The notes under the pieces: model-generated | What the model was told of the DNA's origin: nothing | What the model saw: the letters and a program-made list of their open reading frames with translations, nothing else | Databases searched by the model: none | Part shown: positions 37,096-43,882 of the stretch, piece after piece | Layout: each line of letters opens with the position of its first letter | Numbering within the stretch: the first letter of the stretch is position 1 | Assembly: GCA_947307225.1 (NCBI GenBank) | Contig: CAMZIL010000001.1 | Coordinates: 220,120-284,119 of the forward strand | Direction: 5' to 3' | DNA: 64,000 bases | From: an uncultured Candidatus Saccharibacteria bacterium | Lineage (GTDB): Bacteria; Patescibacteriota; Saccharimonadia; Saccharimonadales; Saccharimonadaceae | Made by a program: the position numbers and the translations under genes

Positions 37096-37407
37096 ATGTC
37101 AGTACTATCAATTCTCGCAAGCACTCAAGCAGGTCAAGCCAAGAACGGCGTTAATGCTATCGGTGGTAGTAGTAGCGACGATCTCACTGCAAGCATCAGC
37201 ACCATCATCAATGCAGTTATCTTTGTTATCGGTATTGTCGCCGTTATCATGATTATCCTCGGCGGTATCAGCTATGCTACCTCCCAGGGCGACCCAGCAA
37301 AGGTTAAAAAAGGTAAGGACACTATCCTTTACGGCATCATCGGTTTGATTGTTGCCCTTCTTGCCTTCGCGATTGTTGGCTTCGTGCTCAACGCATTGCA
37401 GAAATAA
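37096..37407 (+). CDS. Pilin-like T4SS protein, subtype B (short)
   Basis: 103 aa. The core GGISYATSQGDPAKVKKGKDTILYGIIGLIVALLAFAIVGFVLNAL is nearly identical in protein to 36581..37087 but has many synonymous differences. Confidence 0.7.
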   Translation: MSVLSILASTQAGQAKNGVNAIGGSSSDDLTASISTIINAVIFVIGIVAVIMIILGGISYATSQGDPAKVKKGKDTILYGIIGLIVALLAFAIVGFVLNALQK

Positions 37408-37414
37408 GTCTAGA

Positions 37415-37442
37415 GAAACTTCCCTTCGGGGAAGTTTTTTGT
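37415..37442 (+). terminator. Terminator of the pilin operon
   Basis: gaaacttccc-ttcg-gggaagtttc-type hairpin followed by a T-run. Confidence 0.8.
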
Positions 37443-37467
37443 TGGTCGGAGATTTTCACTAGGGCAC

Positions 37468-37497
37468 AAAAATACCTCTCGCAAGAGAGGTATTTTA
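37468..37497 (-). terminator. Terminator downstream of the hsp20 gene
   Basis: aaaaatacctctc-gcaa-gagaggtatttt palindromic hairpin flanked by A/T runs. Confidence 0.75.
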
Positions 37498-37508
37498 AAA
37501 CGCAGTTA

Positions 37509-38018
37509 TTAGTTAATGGTGATGCGCTTTGGTTCCTCGACCTTTTCCTTTTCAAAGGTAATGGTGAGAACGCCATCTTTGAGGATCGCTTCGACGCCAT
37601 CTTCTACGACCTGTACTGGAAGTGCGATGGTGCGGCTGAATTCGCCCCAATAGCATTCCTGGATGTGCCACTGAGTAGCTTTTTCATCTTCGCCGCCGCT
37701 GAGAACGCCGGAGATGGTAAGGATGTTGTCGGAAATAGAAACATCGAGATCTTTGCGTTCGATGCCTGCAGTGCGGGCTTTGATAATAAGCTTATCGGCA
37801 GTTTCGTAAACATCGACAGCTAGCTGGCCAGGGAGATTTTCGGTCTCGTCTTCCCAGTTGTCTTCGGTGGTTTCTTCTGCGTAAGTTTCTTCGACTGGAG
37901 CGTCGTCTGCGGATTCCACCAATCCTTCGTCGGACAAACCAGCGTTGCCTTCTTCCTCAGAGAGGAAAGCGGCGGTGAGCTCATCGTCTAAGCTCATTTC
38001 GTCTTGTTTGCGAGCCAT
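37509..38018 (-). CDS. Hsp20/alpha-crystallin family small heat-shock protein
   Basis: 169 aa. Acidic N-terminus, then an alpha-crystallin domain (LAVDVYETADKLIIKARTAGIERKDLDVSISDNILTISG...FSRTIALP...AILKDGVLTITFEK). Confidence 0.85.
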   Translation of the reverse strand: MARKQDEMSLDDELTAAFLSEEEGNAGLSDEGLVESADDAPVEETYAEETTEDNWEDETENLPGQLAVDVYETADKLIIKARTAGIERKDLDVSISDNILTISGVLSGGEDEKATQWHIQECYWGEFSRTIALPVQVVEDGVEAILKDGVLTITFEKEKVEEPKRITIN

Positions 38019-38055
38019 AGTTTATACTCCTCCACTATTTACACTCTTACGCTTT

Positions 38056-38084
38056 ATTATAGAGAGCTGTTTAAGTAAAATCAA
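38056..38084 (-). promoter_or_regulatory. Sigma-70-type promoter for hsp20
   Basis: On the minus strand: TTGATT (38084-38079), a 17-nt spacer, then TATAAT (38061-38056), about 38 nt upstream of the ATG at 38018. Confidence 0.55.
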
Positions 38085-38103
38085 GAGAAAGGAGGATTTT
38101 GTT

Positions 38104-38751
38104 GTGAAAAATACAATACTTAAAAACATAGGCGAAATCTTTTGTCCGCATATCTGTATTTCTTGTGGAAAAACCGGTGGAATACTCTGTAAATGTTGTA
38201 AAAATGACATCATTTCTAAGCACGAGCAGAAATGCTTGGTTTGCGGAGAATGACTCCAAAACCATGTCTGTCTGCGCTGTTCGTTGCCCTTTTCTGAGCA
38301 ATTTTGTGTTGGAAAACGTGACGGCGCATTAAAACAGCTTATTCATGTGTACAAATATGATTCTGTTCGAGCGGCAAGTTTTGTGTTCGCTGAATTGCTG
38401 AGCGGCATGGTAGGTGGCGATTATTGTCTGGTGCCGCTGCCGACAATTGGTCGCCATATTCGCGAAAGGGGTTTTGACCATGTTGAACTGTTTTGCAAGA
38501 AGACGGGGATGCCAGTTGAGAGGCTGCTGTTTAGGGCGAATAATAGCGTGCAGGTCGGGGCGACTAGCGAGCAGCGTCGAGAGCAAGCGAAGAAAGCGTA
38601 TGGTTTAAGAGGTAGCGTTCGAAGTGGTAAGAGATATTTGTTAGTTGATGATGTATGGACGACTGGTAGCTCGATGCTCGCGGCTGCAGAGATTCTTCGT
38701 GCGGCCGGAACAAAAAACCTCGCAATCGCGGTGATTGCGAGGAGTATATAA
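38104..38751 (+). pseudogene. comFC: comFC (ComF-family phosphoribosyltransferase-fold competence protein) interrupted by one in-frame TGA
   Basis: GTG start at 38104 after an aaggagga SD. The N-terminal zinc-ribbon part (CPHICISCGK...CKCC...CLVCGE) ends at the TGA at 38251-38253. The same frame continues LQNHVCLRCSLPF...VGKRDGALKQLIHVYKY...LVPLPT...RGFDH...YLLVDDVWTTGSS (PRT motif) to 38751. The track shows this as two ORFs (37945..38253 and 38284..38751). Confidence 0.75.
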
Positions 38752-38763
38752 GAATTTGGATAT

Positions 38764-39168
38764 TTAAACGGTGGTTTCGCCGCCGACTGCGTTGATGACG
38801 AAGTTGACGATTGCGTAAGCTAGGATCGAGATGATAAGACCGATGATAGCGTACATGATGGTGTTCTTTGCATCGGTGACCTTCTTACTATCGCCACCAG
38901 AGATGACATAGCGAAGACCGCCATAGATAAGCATGATAACAGAGATGATACCAACTGCGTAGAGAACGGTGTTGGTAATCTTTGTGAAGACGCCATTGAC
39001 GCCGACGAGCTCGGAAGGCATGCCTGCACCTTTTGCGGTGTTTGCACCAGCCTGAGCTGGGTTTACCGAGTTGCTGGCTTCGGCGGCCATAGCGCGACCG
39101 GCCATTAGGGTGACAGCTGCTGCTGCACCAGTGATAACTTGGCTAGCTTTTTTGAAGAATTTTTTCAT
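38764..39168 (-). CDS. Pilin-like T4SS protein, subtype B (dispersed copy)
   Basis: 134 aa. Signal peptide, then the core GGLRYVISGGDSKKVTDAKNTIMYAIIGLIISILAYAIVNFVINAV. Confidence 0.65.
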   Translation of the reverse strand: MKKFFKKASQVITGAAAAVTLMAGRAMAAEASNSVNPAQAGANTAKGAGMPSELVGVNGVFTKITNTVLYAVGIISVIMLIYGGLRYVISGGDSKKVTDAKNTIMYAIIGLIISILAYAIVNFVINAVGGETTV

Positions 39169-39334
39169 AGGTTTGTTTAAATATCCTTAACGATGTTCCT
39201 ATTATATAACAAAAACATAATCTTTGTCCAGTAGACAAAGGAGCCGGCGCAAAACGACGTTCGTCATAGCTCCTCGGTTTACCGGACGAAAGCGTTTGAT
39301 TATAAGATACGATTGTGGTAGAATTGAGTGTGTT

Positions 39335-39427
39335 GGAGGGTTACCCAAGTGGCTGAAGGGGACGGTTTGCTAAATCGTTAGACTGGCGAAAGCTGGTGCG
39401 AGAGTTCGAATCTCTCACCCTCCGCCA
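39335..39427 (+). tRNA. tRNA-Ser (anticodon GCU), CCA encoded
   Basis: Hand fold. Acceptor GGAGGGT/ACCCTCC, anticodon stem ACGGT/ATCGT with loop TTGCTAA, a long variable arm, T-loop TTCGAAT, discriminator G, then CCA. Confidence 0.85.
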
Positions 39428-39499
39428 AAAGATGCTCTAGTTTAGGGCATTTTTTGATTGTTTTTCTTGTTAAAATGCTTGTGTTATAATGAAATTACT

Positions 39500-39964
39500 A
39501 TGGCTGAAAAGACAATTGTGAACTGGGAAGCTCGCGAATTTATCGAATATAAAAAGAACTTTGGGTGGTACGCAGGTTTTGCCCTAGTTGTAATTGCCTT
39601 ATGTTTGTTGGCATTTTTCTTGCAGCAATGGACATTTTTGGCGCTCGTGATCGTTGCGGCGATAGCATTGTTGACCTATACGATGCGTCCTCCACGCATG
39701 CTTCACTATTCCTTATCTGATAAGGGTCTTTCTGAAGGTAATAATTTGCATACTTTCGAACAGTTCAAATCTTTCGGCGTTTTGAATGAAAACAACCACT
39801 ATTGCATCATCTTGGTGCCGAAAAAGAGATTCGGAACTCGTGTCCGCGTTTACTTCCCTGAGACCGAAGGTGAACAGATCGTTGATGTCTTTGGCGCTCG
39901 TTTACCGATGGAGCCAGTCAAACTTGATGCGCTCGACAAACTAGTGCGTTTCTTGCGCATTTAG
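39500..39964 (+). CDS. Hypothetical membrane protein (two TM helices + soluble domain)
   Basis: I prefer the ATG at 39500 (MAEKTIVNWEAREF...), 9 nt downstream of TGTTATAAT, over the track start at 39458. Two adjacent hydrophobic helices are followed by a roughly 90-aa domain. Confidence 0.55.
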   Translation: MAEKTIVNWEAREFIEYKKNFGWYAGFALVVIALCLLAFFLQQWTFLALVIVAAIALLTYTMRPPRMLHYSLSDKGLSEGNNLHTFEQFKSFGVLNENNHYCIILVPKKRFGTRVRVYFPETEGEQIVDVFGARLPMEPVKLDALDKLVRFLRI

Positions 39965-40017
39965 ACATAAGCGTGATAAAATAATTGTAATTAAAAGATT
40001 AGATAAAGGTGGGCAAA

Positions 40018-40485
40018 ATGGACCAAAATAATACTGCGACTCCAGATGAGTTGCAACAAGCAATCAATAGCATTACTAACCCTGGCGCAGAGTCTGAGGC
40101 TGACACTGTCGCTGCTGTTACCGAAAGCGTAGCCGCAGAAGCACCGGCAGCTGCTGAATATGTTGCTCCAGAAGCACCAGCAGAGGCAGCACCAGTTGTA
40201 CCAGAAGGCAAAGCTGTTTACGGAGACCCTGATTTGGATCGTGTAAAGTCTATGGCTCTCTCTGATCTTCGCCCAATTATCGAGAGCGTTGATCTTGAGC
40301 CATCAAAGAAATTCAAGATTTACAAAGAGATCATTGATCTCACTGAAGACAAAGCTTGCATCGAGCCAGCTTATAACGCAGCAAAGAATATTGAGGATCA
40401 GAAAGAAAGAGCAGAGGCATTGCTCTATGTCGTCGATACTATCGACAGACTCGGCATCCCAATGCAGACCGAAGCTCAGGCCTAA
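40018..40485 (+). CDS. Hypothetical acidic protein
   Basis: ATG at 40018 after an aaaggtgg SD (track start 40009). 155 aa with an Ala/Glu-rich N-terminus and a helical C-terminal half. No family recognised. Confidence 0.5.
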   Translation: MDQNNTATPDELQQAINSITNPGAESEADTVAAVTESVAAEAPAAAEYVAPEAPAEAAPVVPEGKAVYGDPDLDRVKSMALSDLRPIIESVDLEPSKKFKIYKEIIDLTEDKACIEPAYNAAKNIEDQKERAEALLYVVDTIDRLGIPMQTEAQA

Positions 40486-40582
40486 TTATCTAATCTAATC
40501 TTGTATGGTAGCCTGTTCCTCCGGGCAATCATAAAAAAGATTCCGCTCTCGCCGGCGGAATCTTTTTGTGTTGCGGTTATCT

Positions 40583-42208
40583 CTAGTACATGCCGCCACC
40601 CATGCCGGCAGCTGCGGCTGGGTCGTTTTTCTCTGGAATGTCTACGATGAGAGCACCCATGGTAATGGTGGTTGCAGCGATGCTGACAGCGTTCTGGACT
40701 GCCTCGCGAGTGACGCGGGCTGGATCGACGACGCCGGCTTTCTTGAGGTCAACGAGGCCATCGCCTGGCTTCATAACGTTAATACCCTGCCCATCTGCAG
40801 CATTTTCTACCTGGGCGAGAAGTGCCTGAGAGTTGAGGCCGGCATTTTCCATGATTTGAGTAAATGGTGCCTTCAAAGCGTTCTTTAGGATTGTTGCGCC
40901 AGCATTATCGTCTTTGATCTGTTTTGCAAGATTGACGAGCGTCACGCCGCCGCCCGGTACGATACCTTCGTCGAGAGCAGCTTTGGTTGCAGCAACAGCA
41001 TCATCGACGCGATATTTCTTCTCATCGATCTCGGTTTCGGTTGCACCGCCGACCTTGATGACGGCGACTTTGCCAGCAAGAGCGGCTGCGCGCTTGTTGA
41101 ATTGCTCGGTTTCGTAGTCGGACATAGCAGCTTCGGCCTGAGCTTGGATATCTGCAATGCGAGCCTTTACTTCGCGGCTGTCGCCAGCACCGTTAACGAT
41201 AGTAGTTTGATCTTTAGTAGCAATAATCTTGCGAGCTTGACCGAGAACTTCGAGACCGGATTCTTCGAGGCTCATACCCTTTTCGCTAGAGACAACGGTT
41301 GCGCCAGTGAGAGTTGCGATATCTTCCATGATGGCTTTGCGCTGTTCGCCGAAGGCTGGAGCCTTGAGAACGAGCGTATTGAAGACGCCTTTGAGCTTGT
41401 TGAGAACGAGAACAGAGAGAGCTTCGCCCTCAACCTCTTCGGCGATAATAACGAGATCCTTGCGGCCAGTTTGTGCCATCTTTTCGAGGAATGGAACGAT
41501 ATCGTTGACGGCAGAGATTTTCTTATCGGTAATGAGGATGGAAGGCTTGTCGAAGGTAGCTTCTTGGCGTTGGGTGTCAGTGATGAAGAATGGAGATGCG
41601 TACCCCTTGTCGTAGGTGTAGCCTTCGGTGATTTCGGATTGCATTTCGAGGCCCTGGCCCTGTTCGACGGTAACGACGCCATCTTTGCCAATCTTTGAGA
41701 TAACGGTTGCGATGAGCTTGCCGATTTCAGCATCGCCAGCGGAGATGGTTGCAACCTCGGCAACCTTGCTGTCGTCGCCTTCAATTTGCTCGGCAGTTTT
41801 GTTGATGCCTTTGACGATTTCGGCGCCAGCGGCTTCGATGCCCTTGCGAAGGTCCATTGGGTTATGACCGGCCGCGATTAGCTTATTCGCTTCAGCAATA
41901 ATGTTGTAGGTGAGAACGGTAACAGTGGTGGTACCATCGCCAGCGACCTTGTTGAGCTTTTGGGCTGCGGTCTTGATTAGCTTTGCGCCCATCTGGTAAC
42001 CGAGGGTTTCGTCGTCTTCATTGCCGAGATCGACGGCTTCTGCGACAGTAACGCCATCATGAGTGATGGTTGGTGCACCATAGCTCTTTTCGATTACAAC
42101 GTTACGGCCTTTTGGACCGAAAGTTACTTTTACTGCGTCATAGAGAGCTTTTGCGCCGCCGAGAACTTTTTCGCGGGCTTCTGCATCATAAAATACTTTC
42201 TTTGCCAT
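40583..42208 (-). CDS. groL: Chaperonin GroEL
   Basis: 541 aa. Contains AKKVFYDAEAREKVLGGA..., GDGTTTVTVL and the C-terminal GGM-type tail (AAAGMGGGMY). Confidence 0.98.
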   Translation of the reverse strand: MAKKVFYDAEAREKVLGGAKALYDAVKVTFGPKGRNVVIEKSYGAPTITHDGVTVAEAVDLGNEDDETLGYQMGAKLIKTAAQKLNKVAGDGTTTVTVLTYNIIAEANKLIAAGHNPMDLRKGIEAAGAEIVKGINKTAEQIEGDDSKVAEVATISAGDAEIGKLIATVISKIGKDGVVTVEQGQGLEMQSEITEGYTYDKGYASPFFITDTQRQEATFDKPSILITDKKISAVNDIVPFLEKMAQTGRKDLVIIAEEVEGEALSVLVLNKLKGVFNTLVLKAPAFGEQRKAIMEDIATLTGATVVSSEKGMSLEESGLEVLGQARKIIATKDQTTIVNGAGDSREVKARIADIQAQAEAAMSDYETEQFNKRAAALAGKVAVIKVGGATETEIDEKKYRVDDAVAATKAALDEGIVPGGGVTLVNLAKQIKDDNAGATILKNALKAPFTQIMENAGLNSQALLAQVENAADGQGINVMKPGDGLVDLKKAGVVDPARVTREAVQNAVSIAATTITMGALIVDIPEKNDPAAAAGMGGGMY

Positions 42209-42217
42209 ATTTTCTCC

Positions 42218-42472
42218 TTACAAAGTTGCTAAAACGTCTTCTTCTTTAACGATGAGGTAATCCTTGCCGTCATACTTAATCTCCGTTGCGGAGTACTCGC
42301 GGTAAAGGATGCGGTCGCCCTTCTTGATGTTTTTTACATCTGGGCCGATGGATTCAACGGTAGCAGTGGTAGACTTCTCTTTTGCTTCGCCGAGAAGAAT
42401 GCCTGAAGCGGTAGTGCTGGTTGCGGCATCTTTTTTAGCAACGACGCGATCAGCGAGCGGTTTGATAGACAT
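42218..42472 (-). CDS. groES: Co-chaperonin GroES
   Basis: I prefer the ATG at 42472 (MSIKPLADRVVAKK...), preceded by a caggagga SD. This gives 84 aa, against the 106-aa track ORF. Confidence 0.93.
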   Translation of the reverse strand: MSIKPLADRVVAKKDAATSTTASGILLGEAKEKSTTATVESIGPDVKNIKKGDRILYREYSATEIKYDGKDYLIVKEEDVLATL

Positions 42473-42525
42473 AGGATAATTTTCCTCCTGAAAATTAAGT
42501 TCTGTATCTAGTATAGAGCCGGTTA

Positions 42526-42552
42526 TTAGCACTGTCAAGCAGTGAGTGCTAA
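42526..42552. promoter_or_regulatory. CIRCE (HrcA operator) upstream of groES-groEL
   Basis: TTAGCACTG-N9-GAGTGCTAA, one mismatch from the consensus TTAGCACTC-N9-GAGTGCTAA, about 55-80 nt upstream of the groES start. Confidence 0.85.
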
Positions 42553-42628
42553 CTATAAAATGACAGCGGTATTGCTAATGCTTATAAAATAATACATAAT
42601 GGAATTAATTAAGGTTGGAAAAAGGTAA

Positions 42629-43864
42629 ATGATAAAACGTAAATCTTTCTTTGCAGCCGCAATTATAGCGGTGGCAGCGTTTGTGTTAAATGTGGCGGTT
42701 GCGCCTGCTACTTCTGCTCTTGAGGCTTGTAAGTGCGATAACCCAGTAGAATCTAATATCCTCGGTAACTGTGAATACCAAGGTAAAAAGATGTACTGCG
42801 ATCAGAGCGGCGAAGGCAAAGGTATCAAGAACCTCTTAGTCATCGGCGTCAATATTCTTCTCGCAGGTGTTGTTGTGGCCGGCACGGTCGGCATTATTAT
42901 ATCTGGCGTCACCATCATGACAGCTCGTGAAGACGAAGCGCAGGTCGCCAAAGCAAAGAGGCGTATCCTCGATATCGTTATCGGTATTGCCGCATTTGCC
43001 CTATTCTGGTTGATGATTAATCTCTTGTTGCCGTCAGTGGATAAATCTGTCGTTAATACGGATGAATCTGGTATGAACCAACAGGGGCCAGGTGGAGGTC
43101 CAAACTCTTCGAAGCCGACGACTCCGAATTCGACTCCATCAAATCCGTCCAACCCATCAAATCCGTCTAATCCATCTAATCCATCAACTCCATCGAACCC
43201 GAATTCAACTCCGGTAAATCCGGTAAGCCCTTCAAACCCGAACGGTACGCCACCAATTACGGCAACGAAGGCCGGCAAACCAATCCCTCCACTCAAAGGT
43301 AACTCTAATACTATTCCTTGCGATCCGCGTACGACGCAGTACAAGACTGTAACGAATGCGCATTACAATAAAACAAAAGTTGCAGCCTTAAACCTTTGTA
43401 AAGTGCCAAATATTACGGGGTCCAATATTGTCAACTCGCGCGTTTCGGGTGCTTTTTATGAAATGGCGCAGGCGTATTACAACAAGTATGGAAAAAAGTT
43501 AAATGGTTCTAGCTCGTTTAGGGCATATGAAGATCAGGTGTATTTTTGGAATTGTTATCAGGAGAAAAAGCGTGGCGTAACAAATCCGTGCAATGGTGGT
43601 AATACAGCCGCCGAGCCTGGTTCGTCTAATCATGAGATGGGCCTGGCGATCGACTTTGATGTGCCAAAAGCAACCAACCAAAACAACCCAGTAACTTCTT
43701 GCCCGTCATCTCCGGGCTGGCCAAATGTATCAGATAAGAAGCAGAGTATAAATCGTTGGAAATATACTGAAATGTCGCGTTGGTTCTGCAATAATCTCAG
43801 CACGTTTGGTCTTAGTCGAAGGGTCAACGACGAACCATGGCACGTGGACCCGTCTAGCTATTAA
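42629..43864 (+). CDS. Fusion protein: pilin-like subtype A membrane module + SNP-repeat linker + peptidase M15 (VanY/LD-carboxypeptidase-like) domain
   Basis: 411 aa. The N-terminal 135 aa parallel 34723..35199 (GKGIKNLLVIGVNILLAGVVVAGTVGIIISGVTIMTAREDEAQVAKAKRRILDIVIG). A PSNPSNPSNPSNPS linker follows. The C-domain has SSFRAYEDQ, GSSNHEMGLAIDF (SxHxxGxAxD) and DEPWHVD (ExxH). Confidence 0.75.
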   Translation: MIKRKSFFAAAIIAVAAFVLNVAVAPATSALEACKCDNPVESNILGNCEYQGKKMYCDQSGEGKGIKNLLVIGVNILLAGVVVAGTVGIIISGVTIMTAREDEAQVAKAKRRILDIVIGIAAFALFWLMINLLLPSVDKSVVNTDESGMNQQGPGGGPNSSKPTTPNSTPSNPSNPSNPSNPSNPSTPSNPNSTPVNPVSPSNPNGTPPITATKAGKPIPPLKGNSNTIPCDPRTTQYKTVTNAHYNKTKVAALNLCKVPNITGSNIVNSRVSGAFYEMAQAYYNKYGKKLNGSSSFRAYEDQVYFWNCYQEKKRGVTNPCNGGNTAAEPGSSNHEMGLAIDFDVPKATNQNNPVTSCPSSPGWPNVSDKKQSINRWKYTEMSRWFCNNLSTFGLSRRVNDEPWHVDPSSY

Positions 43865-43882
43865 TACAGTATAATAATAGAT

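Noticed and set aside
38251-38253. Possibility that TGA is a sense codon genome-wide (code 4 or code 25, as in some CPR lineages)
   Set aside because: TGA terminates several well-supported genes at the expected protein ends (pyrE, 34723..35199, 35196..35852, 25064..27841). No other conserved gene in the window contains an in-frame TGA, so the standard code 11 fits.
39169-39334. Possible structured RNA upstream of tRNA-Ser(GCU), based on short hairpins ctttgtc/gacaaag and ggagc/gctcc
   Set aside because: The stems are short and lack a terminator or any recognisable ncRNA motif (not SRP, tmRNA, RNase P or 6S-like by eye). This is insufficient evidence.
41102-41784. ORFs inside and antisense to groEL (41102..41698 plus strand, 41272..41784 minus strand, and others)
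   Set aside because: groEL is unambiguous, and these are alternative-frame artefacts.
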